This document shows, in pieces, positions 29,308 to 39,335 of a stretch of 62,310 bases of DNA. The stretch's first letter is position 1, and every line of letters starts with the position of its first letter. The notes beneath the pieces are model-generated. The model was not told the origin of the DNA and made no database searches. It saw only the letters and a list, made by a program, of their open reading frames with translations. Origin of the DNA: Thermofilaceae archaeon. Its GTDB lineage: Archaea > Thermoproteota > Thermoprotei > Thermofilales > Thermofilaceae. The stretch covers positions 1 through 62,310 of the forward strand of contig JAVYWK010000011.1 in NCBI GenBank assembly GCA_038727095.1. The letters run 5' to 3'. Both the position numbers and the translations under genes were made by a program.

Positions 29308-29697
29308 GTGTCAATAATGTCTGGGAATCGTAACCGTCTTCTCAAATTGCGCCAAGAGATGAATAGACTACGACCACGGTTCGTTAGAATGAACAGTTGG
29401 ATGCTAAAACGGCTTGATGACTCGTGGCGTAGCCCACGCCACAGCTTGGATAACAAAATCCGCTTGGAGCGTAAAGGCTTTCCCCCGCGGGTGAAGGTCG
29501 GGTACAGGGGCCCAAGCGAGGTTAGAGGGCTACACCCGAGCGGCTTAACTGAAGTTTTGGTATCTACACCCTCCCAGCTAAAGGAACTAAATCTACATCT
29601 GCACATCGTCAGGATAGCATCATCGGTGGGTAAGAGAAAGAGGGCAGAAATCATCAGACTCGCACAAGAGAAAGGCTTGAAGGTCGCTAACCCGTAA
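29308..29697 (+). CDS. rpl32e: 50S ribosomal protein eL32
   Basis: RP.FVR, WR.PR..LDNK.R, GYRGP..VRGLHPSG. Start may be 29317. Confidence 0.96.
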   Translation: MSIMSGNRNRLLKLRQEMNRLRPRFVRMNSWMLKRLDDSWRSPRHSLDNKIRLERKGFPPRVKVGYRGPSEVRGLHPSGLTEVLVSTPSQLKELNLHLHIVRIASSVGKRKRAEIIRLAQEKGLKVANP

Positions 29698-29762
29698 TTT
29701 TCGCGCAGCGGCGAGGGGATTGCATTTTTAAACGTTTGGCGGAGGGCATGTGGTGAAAACTG

Positions 29763-30215
29763 ATGAGCACTGCAGCAACCCGGTCAGTAAAGAGATTAGC
29801 GGCTAGCGTATTGAAGGTAGGCGTATCTAGGATTCGCATAAAGCCAGACGCGCTCGATAGAGTGGAGACTGCAATCACGAGGGAGGACGTTAAGCGTTTA
29901 ATAAAGGATGGGGTCATTTACAAGATTCCTCCTTCAACACCGAGTAGAGGTAGGTGGAGGAAGGTTCACGCTCAACGTAAGAAGGGGAGAGGCAGGGGCC
30001 CTGGCAGCAAAAAGGGTCCGCGCATAGATGAAAAGAGAGTGTGGGTATCCAGAGTGCGCGCTCAGAGGAAGTTCCTCAAACTGCTTAAGGAAAGGGGATT
30101 GATCGACTCGTCAACGTATAGGCGCCTCAGATCTTTAGTGAAGGGTGGAACCTTCTCCAGCGTACGCCATTTAAAGACCTACCTGAAGGAGCAGGGGATA
30201 TTAACAAAGGGCTGA
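29763..30215 (+). CDS. rpl19e: 50S ribosomal protein eL19
   Basis: KRLAA..LKVG..RI, AITREDV, KGRGRGPGSKKG, KGG.F. Confidence 0.96.
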   Translation: MSTAATRSVKRLAASVLKVGVSRIRIKPDALDRVETAITREDVKRLIKDGVIYKIPPSTPSRGRWRKVHAQRKKGRGRGPGSKKGPRIDEKRVWVSRVRAQRKFLKLLKERGLIDSSTYRRLRSLVKGGTFSSVRHLKTYLKEQGILTKG

Positions 30216-30227
30216 TGGGAGTGCGGT

Positions 30228-30824
30228 ATGGCTAGAAGTGGTAGGTATAAAGTTCCTTTCAGGAGACGGCGTGAGGGTGTAACCAACTACTACAAGCGAA
30301 GGCGGCTAATACTGTCAGGGAAACCAAGGTTAGTAGTCAGAAGGACTAACAGGTACATCATAGCGCAAGTAGTGAAAGCAGAACCCCATGGCGATGTAAC
30401 GCTCGTGTCGGCTCACTCAGGAGAGCTCAAGAAATACGGATGGAAGGGGGGTACTAAGAACACGCCCTCGGCATACTTGCTTGGGCTTTTAATCGGCTTT
30501 AAAGCCCTTAAAGCTGGCATCACCGAGGCAATCCTGGACATAGGCCTGCACCGAGCCGTACCTGGCTCGCGCGTCTTCACCGTGGCGAGGGGGGCCGTTG
30601 ACGCCGGCTTAAGCATCCCGATCGGGGATGAAGTTTTACCTGGCGATGAACGTATACGGGGTGAGCACATAGCTAATTATGCCTCAGCACTCTCAGAGAA
30701 GGGCTATACCTTCTCTAAGTACATTAAAAGAGGATTAAACCCCTCGGATCTCCCGAGACACTTCGATGAAGTTAAGGAAGCTATCAAGGCGGCTTGGTCG
30801 ACGATAACCGCTCCTCAGGAGTAG
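30228..30824 (+). CDS. rpl18: 50S ribosomal protein uL18
   Basis: RRRREG.TNYYKR, RLVVR.TN, NTPSAYL.G, RI.GEHIA. Confidence 0.96.
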   Translation: MARSGRYKVPFRRRREGVTNYYKRRRLILSGKPRLVVRRTNRYIIAQVVKAEPHGDVTLVSAHSGELKKYGWKGGTKNTPSAYLLGLLIGFKALKAGITEAILDIGLHRAVPGSRVFTVARGAVDAGLSIPIGDEVLPGDERIRGEHIANYASALSEKGYTFSKYIKRGLNPSDLPRHFDEVKEAIKAAWSTITAPQE

Positions 30825-30833
30825 TTCCCTGGA

Positions 30834-31310
30834 TCACATCATACGTTTTATTAACTCATTGATCGCGGAACCTCTATACCCCAGCTCGCCGCCCTCGCTT
30901 ACGTGTTTTTTCAAGCTGCCCTTAAAGCCTCCCTTGGGGGGATGGAGCCGAAAGACTGGCTTCAGATCCGGTATTTTGTTTATCTCGACCCTCCCCTCAA
31001 GCAATGCATCAGCTAGTTCCTCGATGCTGCCGAAACCTGCGCTTTTCAGATACTCTTCCGTCAGAGCTTTGTTACCGCTAAGCCTAGCTCTCTTTTTCAA
31101 CAGCTCGACCAGTGTGTCTTTTTCGACCTCTCCATAAGTAACGGCGTATTCGATTTTCTTCAACATCCCCCTTACGCTAGGCGTATCGCGCAGAAGCACG
31201 CAGTGATGCACCCTGTGGAGCCTGAGAAGCTCTAGAGTTTTACGCTCGTCGGGGTTTCTGTCAGGGATCCCCTTAACTCTGACTACAGCTATCAAGGGCA
31301 TGGTTATCAC
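30834..31310 (-). CDS. rpl30: 50S ribosomal protein uL30
   Basis: TLELLRL, GML.K, FRLHPPKGG, GYRG.AINELI.RM. Confidence 0.95.
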   Translation of the reverse strand: MITMPLIAVVRVKGIPDRNPDERKTLELLRLHRVHHCVLLRDTPSVRGMLKKIEYAVTYGEVEKDTLVELLKKRARLSGNKALTEEYLKSAGFGSIEELADALLEGRVEINKIPDLKPVFRLHPPKGGFKGSLKKHVSEGGELGYRGSAINELIKRMM

Positions 31311-31915
31311 ACGTTTAAAGCGTACGTTTGCTTAAGGGCTTCAAAAACCGCTTTAGCTATGTTGTGGGTAGTTCGCGTCTCCCCCGTAGTGCGGGTCCAA
31401 ACGTCCTGTACTCCGGCTAATCTGAGGACTATCTTAGCGCTCTCCGCAGCCACTAGACCGACACCCTTTGGAGCGGGGAGCAGTACCACCTCAACGCTCC
31501 CACTCTTCCCTCTAACCTTTACGGGGACGCTGTGAGCCTCGCCGCACAGGCAGTACCAGCTGCCGCAACCCCTCCTGACGGGAGTTATGTTCAGCTTTGC
31601 CCGCATAATGGCCTTCTCAATCGCTAGCCGTATCTGGCGTGACTTCCCCATCCCCAGTCCCACATAACCGTCCTCGTTCCCCACGACAACGGTTGCTTGG
31701 AATTGGCTCACCTCACCCGCGTCTGTCTGGCGTTGCACTAGATTTATTGATGCTATTTCATGCTTAAGCCCGGGGAGCAGCGCGTCAACGATCTCCACTT
31801 CTCTGATCGATAGGTTCATCTCGAAGAGCTGGTCTATGCTCGTTATCTTACCCTCTTTCACCAGCACCCCGGCTACCGTACGGGGAGTCCACTCTTGAAG
31901 CGAGGACACACCCAT
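31307..31915 (-). CDS. rps5: 30S ribosomal protein uS5
   Basis: W.PRT..G.LV.EGKI, VQRQTDAG, RRGCGSW.C.C, PAPKG.GL, GETRTT.N. Confidence 0.96.
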   Translation of the reverse strand: MGVSSLQEWTPRTVAGVLVKEGKITSIDQLFEMNLSIREVEIVDALLPGLKHEIASINLVQRQTDAGEVSQFQATVVVGNEDGYVGLGMGKSRQIRLAIEKAIMRAKLNITPVRRGCGSWYCLCGEAHSVPVKVRGKSGSVEVVLLPAPKGVGLVAAESAKIVLRLAGVQDVWTRTTGETRTTHNIAKAVFEALKQTYALNV

Positions 31916-31998
31916 GGCTGCAGCAACGACTTTTTAAAGCTTTGTGGAACGATACCGACGATGCCTGTTCGCTGCAGCCTGCACAGGGTTGGTATAAA

Positions 31999-32886
31999 AT
32001 GGTTAAGGAAGTTCTCGAGGCACTTCGACAGCTAGACCCGCGAGACCTCAGGGTTCTCAACGCAGTTGAACGAGGTATGGCTAAGTTTCGATACGTCCCC
32101 CTCGAGGAAATAAGTAGATTCACGAGCTTAGACCTCAACGAAGCGCTAATTGTTGCTAAGAAGCTGAATGCCTTAGGTCTTCTGCAGAGGTGGATTGGTA
32201 GCTACACCGGCTACTTGCTAACCACCAGAGGCTACGATTGCCTTGCTCTGAATACCTTAACAAAAAGAGGGACGCTGAAGAGCATCTCGGCTTCACCTAT
32301 TGGGCGGGGGAAGGAAGCCGATGTTTACCAGGGTGTCACAACAGCAGGTAGACTAGTTGCTGTCAAATTTCACCGTGTTGGACGAACCTCGTTTAGACAG
32401 ACGAGACGTTACAGGGCATACGTCGGTGATCGGCACCACATCTCGTGGCTGTACCAATCGAGACTTGCAGCCAAGAATGAGTTCGAAGCCTTAAAAATAC
32501 TTTACGAATATGGAGTTTCTGTTCCTGAACCAATAGATTGGAACAGGCACATAGTGGTGTGCGGGTATGTAGAGGGTATTGAGCTCAGTGAAGCACCACC
32601 CCTACCCGACCCCGAGAAATTCCTGGAGGAACTGCTCAGCCAGATCGAAAGAGCGTACTCAGCGGGATTGATTCACGCGGATCTGAGCGAGTACAACATC
32701 TTAGTTTCACATAGAGGTCCTGTAATCTTCGATTGGCCGCAGTGGGTTTCCAGAAACCATCCCTCAGCGCTTTACTATTTGAGACGAGACCTAGAAAATT
32801 TACTAAAGTTTTTTAAAAGAAAATATAATGTATCATATAACTTAGAAGAATTTTTGCAAAAATTATCAGTGGAAAAGTTATTATAA
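31999..32886 (+). CDS. rio2: RIO2 serine/threonine kinase
   Basis: N-terminal wHTH, GKE.DVY, KFHR.GRTSF, IHADLSEYNI, DWPQW. Start at ATG 31999. Confidence 0.94.
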   Translation: MVKEVLEALRQLDPRDLRVLNAVERGMAKFRYVPLEEISRFTSLDLNEALIVAKKLNALGLLQRWIGSYTGYLLTTRGYDCLALNTLTKRGTLKSISASPIGRGKEADVYQGVTTAGRLVAVKFHRVGRTSFRQTRRYRAYVGDRHHISWLYQSRLAAKNEFEALKILYEYGVSVPEPIDWNRHIVVCGYVEGIELSEAPPLPDPEKFLEELLSQIERAYSAGLIHADLSEYNILVSHRGPVIFDWPQWVSRNHPSALYYLRRDLENLLKFFKRKYNVSYNLEEFLQKLSVEKLL

Positions 32887-33013
32887 GTTAAGAATGTAGT
32901 TTATTTTTGTACAGGACTCCCACCCTGCTATGTTGTTTTTGCGCTCCCTGTAAAGATGCTGCGCACGTTCATTCAAAAAGACTTAAAACCGTGGAGGATA
33001 GGAACTCACATTA

Positions 33014-35032
33014 TTGAGGGGGTCAAGCCTGTTTAGGAAAATAATCGGTGTTGACCTACTACCGGGCGAATCCCCCGCAGCTCTTCAAGAGCCTTTTGTA
33101 GCGTATGTTCTGCTCTACGAGGGTAATGTCAGGGAGAGGGGTGTCGCTAGACTACGCGAGATTCTTGCTCTTATCGAAAGGGAGCGTGTAGAAGCGCTAG
33201 CTGTCGACAATATTTACGAGCTCGCACCTTCCATCAGCGAGCTCCAAAGCGTGATGAGTTCGTTAACGCACCCACCACGACTTGTGCAAGTAACAATGAT
33301 AGGTGAGCGCGCATACCCGCTAGCATCGATTGCAGCTTCCCTCGGATTGGCTGGCAGTAAACTGAGCCCGCAGCAGGCTGCGGAGGTGGCAGCAAGGTTA
33401 TGCTACATGGGCATTGGCTCAGAGCTTCAGTTGTTTGAGAGCGACGAAACACGCGTTGTTATCTCTAAGGGGAGAACCCCAATCCAGGGCGGGATGAGTG
33501 TTGAACGTTACCGAAGGAGCATTGAGAGCAGGCTCCTGAAGAAAACTAGGGAGGTGCAAGAGCTGTTGAGGGAAAGAGGCCTCGATTACGATCTCTTCAT
33601 AACCAAGACCGCTTATGGCGTAGAAAGGAGCGTGTTCGTTATTTACGCACCGCGAGAGCGGATCTATGGGATTGTTAGACCGATCAAGGACCATGATATC
33701 CAGATATCAATCGAACCGGTTGCGCGGCGCGATCCGTTTTTTGTGCCTCTGACTAGCCATGTTCAACGTCAACGGAAATCATCTGAATATTTGATCGTAG
33801 GGGTTGACCCTGGCGTTTCAACTGGCGTTGCAGCTCTAACTCTTGATGGCAGGTTGAAGCTCTTGATTTCTGGGAAAGAGCTTGGTAGAGGACAGGTAGC
33901 TAGAACCTTGCTTGATGTTGGAACGCCGCTTGTTATCTGCACAGATGTTTCGCCGCCTCCCGGATACGTGAAGAGGTTGGCGGCAATGCTCAGCGCGGTT
34001 CTCATCTACCCACCGCATCCGCTATCGATAGAAGATAAACGACATCTGGTGAGCGAATTCTCGACGTCCGCAGAGCACTGCGTAAAAGTGAGAGATTCGC
34101 ACCAGCGGGACGCGCTTGCTGCAGCCCTGTTTGCTATGCGGCATTTCCAACCGAAGTTTTCAGAAGCCAAGGAAAAGGTGGAAAGGTTAGGATTGAGCAT
34201 CCCGCTGGATGAAGTGTTAGCCCTGGTTGTAAAGGGGGTACCGATCTGGGAGGCTATTAGGCAGGTTTCAAAGGACTACTTGATTCCCACTCAAAGGCCA
34301 TCACCACCTGTTACTCCACAGGCCGCTACCCAGCCCATTGAATTAGCGCGAGAGAAAGTCGATGAGTTGTACAAAAGAGTTCGCGAGCTTGAAGAGGAAA
34401 AAAAGATGATTCTCAGCAGGCTAAAGGAGCTGGAAACGCAGCTGGAAAGACTCTTACAGATTCAAAGCTTCGAGGTTAGAAGGGATAGAGAAGTTGAAGC
34501 TCTAAGGAGCAGATTGGATAATCTTCTAAGGGACTATAACCTGATTCAGCAGCAAGTGGAAGACCTGAAGAAGGAGAAGGAAACCCTTCTGACGTTTCTA
34601 ATGAAAGCTGCAGTAGGCGAACTCGTGCTAGCGCCAAGGTTCAGCAGTCCCCACACGATGTCGGAGCACGCATGCACGGGTGGAGTTGTAGTGTTTGGCG
34701 CGGTATCTCCATCGGACCTTACACTCGTGAGAGAGAAAGTAAGGAAGCTCGCTCTCAGAGCCGTGATATCCGAACAACGCCTACCAGAACAATTGATCGA
34801 AGCTCTCGCCTGCGATGACGTTGTTGCCTTCTCGCCCGATGAGGTTAAGCCTCTTGCTGTAATTGGTGATGTTTACATACTCGATAAGAAGTACCTGGAG
34901 TATCAGATCGAATGCAAACTTAAAAGCTTAGATAACAGGACTAGAAGATTGATGAAGGATTTCGTAAAAAATATTATTGAGGGTTATAAGACTGAAAGAA
35001 CCAAAGCTTTGATTCAAACCGAAAAAAGTTAG
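33014..35032 (+). CDS. DUF460-domain protein (RNase H-fold plus coiled coil)
   Basis: LAVDNIYEL, LVQVT, GGMS..RY.R, IVGVDPG..TG.A, DSHQRDALAAA, coiled coil. Confidence 0.88.
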   Translation: MRGSSLFRKIIGVDLLPGESPAALQEPFVAYVLLYEGNVRERGVARLREILALIERERVEALAVDNIYELAPSISELQSVMSSLTHPPRLVQVTMIGERAYPLASIAASLGLAGSKLSPQQAAEVAARLCYMGIGSELQLFESDETRVVISKGRTPIQGGMSVERYRRSIESRLLKKTREVQELLRERGLDYDLFITKTAYGVERSVFVIYAPRERIYGIVRPIKDHDIQISIEPVARRDPFFVPLTSHVQRQRKSSEYLIVGVDPGVSTGVAALTLDGRLKLLISGKELGRGQVARTLLDVGTPLVICTDVSPPPGYVKRLAAMLSAVLIYPPHPLSIEDKRHLVSEFSTSAEHCVKVRDSHQRDALAAALFAMRHFQPKFSEAKEKVERLGLSIPLDEVLALVVKGVPIWEAIRQVSKDYLIPTQRPSPPVTPQAATQPIELAREKVDELYKRVRELEEEKKMILSRLKELETQLERLLQIQSFEVRRDREVEALRSRLDNLLRDYNLIQQQVEDLKKEKETLLTFLMKAAVGELVLAPRFSSPHTMSEHACTGGVVVFGAVSPSDLTLVREKVRKLALRAVISEQRLPEQLIEALACDDVVAFSPDEVKPLAVIGDVYILDKKYLEYQIECKLKSLDNRTRRLMKDFVKNIIEGYKTERTKALIQTEKS

Positions 35033-35040
35033 CTTTGTGC

Positions 35041-36267
35041 CTAAAATGGAACTAACTTACCTTCCATGAAATCGTAAAGTAACTTATTCACCCTATTCAG
35101 TTCTTCTCTAGCAATTCCTTCAGCTTCCCTTTTAACTGCTTTGAAGTCCTCTTCCCTCTCAACAACGATGCCAAGGTACGTTATCAGAGGATCGTTTATA
35201 GGCCTACCTATCTGGCTCAGAAGCTTTACATACGCCTCATCAGCGTCGGTCTCCTCCACGATTCTCCGGGCTATAATTTGAGCTAGAACGTTGTACAATT
35301 TTCCCACATGGTTAATGGGGTTCTTTCCTGCTGCGGCTTCCATTGACATTGGGCGCATCGGCGTGATAAGCCCGTTCGCCCTGTTGCCTCGGCCGGTAGC
35401 GCCATCGTCGCCGTGTTCAGCCGAGGTACCTGTTACAACGAGGTAATACCCACTCTCATCCGCCGCGCTTGGATCATCTCCCGTGTTGATGTAGACCCTA
35501 ACCTCCTTGCTTGTGATCTTAGCAGCGAGATCCTCGATTCTACGTTTAACCTCCTCCTTGGCACTTAGGTACTCATACCTGTTCGCTATGTGGCGTGAGA
35601 CGAAGGCTACAGCCACAGTTAGATCTATACGAGTACCGACTCGGACCGCCATCACTTTCACGTCTTCTCCCACCATCGGTAGTTCGCTCTTCACTTTGAG
35701 CGAGTTGAGGAAGCGCTCAACCTCTAGGACAAGCCTCTCTGTTTCGCTTAACGGGGCGAAACCTACGCCCAACGAGGTATCGTTAGCGCCAGGGTACTCT
35801 TTCCGCCGCTTGAATATGGACACTAAGTCAGCTGACCCCTTTCCAACTTTGTAGTCAATGATCACATGCTCGTCTGGATTCAAGTAGCGAAAGTTGCTTT
35901 TCAGCCACGTTCTTGAAGCGTTAAGCAGTATTGGCCCTATAGGTACGATTTCTACCGCACTGCTCTCCGTTTTCACCTCGGTAGTGGCACGCCCCGCGAT
36001 CGTTACGTAAATTGGTGCTAAAACCTCGCCTCCACCAAATCTCGGCCTCGCTTGCCCCCCCACCACTAGGACCTTGTCTACATTGTGATGCAGCACCTCG
36101 CCAAACCTTTTGAGATACTCCTTGCACAACGCAGCACTAGAGGCTTCAGCAATCGCATCAGCGATGTAGTCAGGGTGGCCTAGACCCTTTCTTTCAACAA
36201 ATTCTATATTCCTCTTTTCCATTGGAAGACTCTCGAATCGCTCGACTACGATGTTCTCTAATGCCAT
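35041..36267 (-). CDS. mat: S-adenosylmethionine synthetase, archaeal type
   Basis: [58 protein letters not shown]. Confidence 0.96.
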   Translation of the reverse strand: MALENIVVERFESLPMEKRNIEFVERKGLGHPDYIADAIAEASSAALCKEYLKRFGEVLHHNVDKVLVVGGQARPRFGGGEVLAPIYVTIAGRATTEVKTESSAVEIVPIGPILLNASRTWLKSNFRYLNPDEHVIIDYKVGKGSADLVSIFKRRKEYPGANDTSLGVGFAPLSETERLVLEVERFLNSLKVKSELPMVGEDVKVMAVRVGTRIDLTVAVAFVSRHIANRYEYLSAKEEVKRRIEDLAAKITSKEVRVYINTGDDPSAADESGYYLVVTGTSAEHGDDGATGRGNRANGLITPMRPMSMEAAAGKNPINHVGKLYNVLAQIIARRIVEETDADEAYVKLLSQIGRPINDPLITYLGIVVEREEDFKAVKREAEGIAREELNRVNKLLYDFMEGKLVPF

Positions 36268-36336
36268 CGCTCGACCCTCGATCAAACCTTATTTAAAGTG
36301 AATTGCCCTATGAATTTACGCATTTTATCGATAGAT

Positions 36337-36588
36337 CTAAGGGGTGATGCCACCCTCTCGCGTGAAGATGTACACGATGTTGCTTCCGCGTATGAAGATT
36401 CTTCCATACTTCACGAGTGGAGTTCCATCCTCGTTCACCTGCATCGCTTCACCCAGTATGATGTTCATAGATCGGTCAACATCCTCTATTACGCCCTTGT
36501 ACTCGCTATTGTCCTTGAGCTTGACGTAAACCTCAGTGCTGCGCTCCTTTAGCCTCTCTAACAGCTCCAATGGGGACTTCGCGCTCAT
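36337..36588 (-). CDS. Sm-like archaeal protein (SmAP/LSm)
   Basis: Sm1 V.VKLK...Y.G....D..MN..L and Sm2 G.IFIRGSNI. Confidence 0.93.
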   Translation of the reverse strand: MSAKSPLELLERLKERSTEVYVKLKDNSEYKGVIEDVDRSMNIILGEAMQVNEDGTPLVKYGRIFIRGSNIVYIFTREGGITP

Positions 36589-36654
36589 GCCTAGCACCGG
36601 GGCGATTGAGCGCTCTAAACAGCCTTTTTAAACTTTTGAGCGACCCACAACCAT

Positions 36655-36843
36655 ATGCTCAAGGAGGAGGGGAAAGCCCTCGTGTGCGAGAGCTGTGGGC
36701 GCGCGAAACCGCTCGCCAAAATTGCAGGTAAGTACTACTGCTACGAGTGCGGGCGCAGAATCGTAGAGGAACACATTCGGGAGCAGCTGAAGGAGCTAGA
36801 AAGGAAAGGCATCATTCGATTCGATGTTAAGCCAAAAGGGTGA
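36655..36843 (+). CDS. small zinc-finger protein
   Basis: CESC...YYCYEC; divergent from the Sm gene across a TTTTTAAA element. Confidence 0.75.
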   Translation: MLKEEGKALVCESCGRAKPLAKIAGKYYCYECGRRIVEEHIREQLKELERKGIIRFDVKPKG

Positions 36844-37299
36844 CTAGTCCCCGCCTTTATGCCTCGTAGCTTCATGACGCTTCCTCAGCTCTCTCTCACG
36901 CTGTTTACGCGTCCACTTGTAGTTGTGCGTGTAGCGGTATTTAGTGCTGAGCAACCCGCGCACCTTCCTGCCAGCCATCGTCTTCCCCTTAAAAACGCGC
37001 CCCCTGTCAGGCTTGATATTAACAACCTTCGGGAGCTTAACAGTGGTCAGCTGTACCTCACCCGAAGCTACTGCTTTTAACCAGCTGGCTAACCTCTGGA
37101 CGTTTTCCTCGTGCAGGGATTTCCTACGCTTATCAACGTATATGCCGAGTAATCGCGCCTCACGCACAGTAAGGCCGACGGCTTTGACCTCTGTCTCAGA
37201 GTAGCCCTTCCCCACCCTCTCCCTTCTCGACGGAACACCCCCGTACCGCCTGAGCAAAGGAGCTTTGACTATCGGAGGAGGCCCTTGCGCACCGCTCAC
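36844..37299 (-). CDS. rpl13e: 50S ribosomal protein eL13 with C-terminal extension
   Basis: R.GKGYS..E...VGL....AR.LGI.VD.RR.S.H..NV eL13 core plus an eL15-like tail. Confidence 0.9.
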   Translation of the reverse strand: MSGAQGPPPIVKAPLLRRYGGVPSRRERVGKGYSETEVKAVGLTVREARLLGIYVDKRRKSLHEENVQRLASWLKAVASGEVQLTTVKLPKVVNIKPDRGRVFKGKTMAGRKVRGLLSTKYRYTHNYKWTRKQRERELRKRHEATRHKGGD

Positions 37300-37682
37300 G
37301 AAGCCCCTTCGGTAGTGCGCCTTTTAACCCTTTTCGCTTCTATCGCCTTCATCGCTATCGACCGAGCACGAAGAGCCAGCAAGCCTCCAACCACAAGCCC
37401 TGTGAAGAGGCCGAGAACACCCGTCAAGAGCAAAAGTCTCCGTGCTGATTCTAACGATCGCTCCGATAGCGCGCTCCGGCTTACTAGAAGCAGAGCGATG
37501 GACAGCGTACACACTAAGAAGTAGGCTACTAAGGGCCAGAGGAGCACATAGATACTTTCACCGATAATTCTGGGAAGCAGCCACACCATTAGGGGCGGGA
37601 TCAAGGCATTGATTACAAACAATGGAGTAGCCCTTCGAAGTGTTTGTTCAGCTGACCTCAATATCTGGGAGCCCCGCAGCAT
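37296..37682 (-). CDS. small membrane protein
   Basis: Three to four hydrophobic segments; 4-nt overlap with the eL13 start. Confidence 0.65.
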   Translation of the reverse strand: MLRGSQILRSAEQTLRRATPLFVINALIPPLMVWLLPRIIGESIYVLLWPLVAYFLVCTLSIALLLVSRSALSERSLESARRLLLLTGVLGLFTGLVVGGLLALRARSIAMKAIEAKRVKRRTTEGAS

Positions 37683-37706
37683 GTGATGCTCGTCAACAAA
37701 TCCGAT

Positions 37707-39335
37707 TTAACTCTTGTTTTTAAAACCGGTGGTGAGTAAGGCAACGGAAGCAATACCGTATGCCACATTTGCCCCGTAAAGGTAGTTCTTTACTCTACTC
37801 CAATCACCCAGGGTTATGAGATAAACTCTTATCAAGTTCAAAACCACGAGTAAAATTAGGATGCCCACGACTAGTGTTCCAGCTGGAAGAACCTGACCTA
37901 CGCTGTACGCAAACATTAACCCATTGGGATCCAGGGCTAGTTTAACGTAACGTAGCCGCGAAGACGTCAACGGTGCATAATAAGTCAAAAAAGTGGTCAC
38001 AGCTACTATGACGGCTACGACTAATATTAAGATCGTATTCCCGGGCGGTATAGTACCAACTCTCTGTAATCTCAGGCTCCAGTCAGTGAAGCGGGAAAGA
38101 GAAGCATAGTCCCCCTGCAGAGTCACAGCTCTAGTAAAGAGCAGAAGTAGCGGTATGCCCAATGAGAGCGGTAGGAACGTCGCACTACTTACGCTACCGA
38201 CAAGTTTACAGTCCCAGAGGGTTAGCACTACAAGGGTTAGTATCAACGAAGGGTGAAGGATCAAATTCATCAATAGCTCCGCCTTCCCTTGCAAGAATAC
38301 TTTTTCGCTAAAAGTTGTTAACAAAACCCAAGCGAGCTGGAGAAGCTCTGGCACGACGGGGTAAGCAGGGTGGAGAATCACAAACGTCCCACCTTCCAGC
38401 CTAATCACAACGAAGATCGTAAGCAGCAGCATTACGAGGGTGTTCAAGAGAAGATAAATAGCATAGACGGTCCCAACAACGATATAGCCCAAGAGAAGGA
38501 GCAGTATACCCAGCATGCTCACGGCTAAGCTGGCCATCTTTTTTGGATACAGTGTAGCCCCTCTTACAACGTACAAAAGAATAACCGCAGCAGCAGTTGA
38601 TGCTACCAAGCCCAGCTGAACGCCAGTTCTTACGCTGAACAGTATCTCGACAATGGGTGCGCCGAAACCGGCTAAAATGTGCTGGAGAAGCAAGTGCGCT
38701 GAGAGCGTTATAGCGGTTGATGCAGGGAGAATCAATGCTTGCAGAAACGTAAACGCCCATGGCACTACTCTAGGAGAAAAGGGGCTGATGCCTAAATCCG
38801 CCCAAGCCAGGAGCGCCCCCAGAGGTGCTCCGATAGCATACCCCCTCAAATCGACCCTTGATGGGGGGGAGACGGATGTGGGAAGAGCTTCAACGCCCAG
38901 CCAAAGCGGGGAAAATAACCTCACGAAACCCTCGGCTAATAGCATTTGACCCAGCGACAGAGCAATGGATAAGCAGAGTAGCACGATCATGCTTTGATCG
39001 ATTACTCTCTGGGGATAGCTTAGCGAGACCAACAGCTGCGGCACCGCAGCACTAGGTGTACCCATCATTCTCAGCGCTGTTGCTGCGACGCGTAGGGTAG
39101 CAGCCGTCATGGCAGATGCTACACTGATAGCTAATGCCGACGCCCAGTACTCGCTACGTGGCTTTACTGCGTGAGCGAAAACTACCAATATGGAAAACAC
39201 GACCGGTTGAACGATTACCGGCAGGCTACCCACGTCAGGATTGCCGGGCGAGACAAAATCCCCGAGAATAAGGCCTATGCCCGATCCAAGCACTAGGGCA
39301 GCGGCAACCACGAACGCCCCTCTCATCGCAATCAC
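37707..39335 (-). CDS. polytopic membrane protein of unknown function
   Basis: 542 aa with more than 12 hydrophobic segments and no recognisable motif. Confidence 0.75.
   Translation of the reverse strand: MIAMRGAFVVAAALVLGSGIGLILGDFVSPGNPDVGSLPVIVQPVVFSILVVFAHAVKPRSEYWASALAISVASAMTAATLRVAATALRMMGTPSAAVPQLLVSLSYPQRVIDQSMIVLLCLSIALSLGQMLLAEGFVRLFSPLWLGVEALPTSVSPPSRVDLRGYAIGAPLGALLAWADLGISPFSPRVVPWAFTFLQALILPASTAITLSAHLLLQHILAGFGAPIVEILFSVRTGVQLGLVASTAAAVILLYVVRGATLYPKKMASLAVSMLGILLLLLGYIVVGTVYAIYLLLNTLVMLLLTIFVVIRLEGGTFVILHPAYPVVPELLQLAWVLLTTFSEKVFLQGKAELLMNLILHPSLILTLVVLTLWDCKLVGSVSSATFLPLSLGIPLLLLFTRAVTLQGDYASLSRFTDWSLRLQRVGTIPPGNTILILVVAVIVAVTTFLTYYAPLTSSRLRYVKLALDPNGLMFAYSVGQVLPAGTLVVGILILLVVLNLIRVYLITLGDWSRVKNYLYGANVAYGIASVALLTTGFKNKS

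Noticed and set aside
32780-32945. AT-rich patch at the rio2 3' end (similar patches near 35000, 39600 and 61745)
   Set aside because: These coincide with gene ends and likely terminator or promoter tracts. No origin-type repeats and no adjacent cdc6/whiP.
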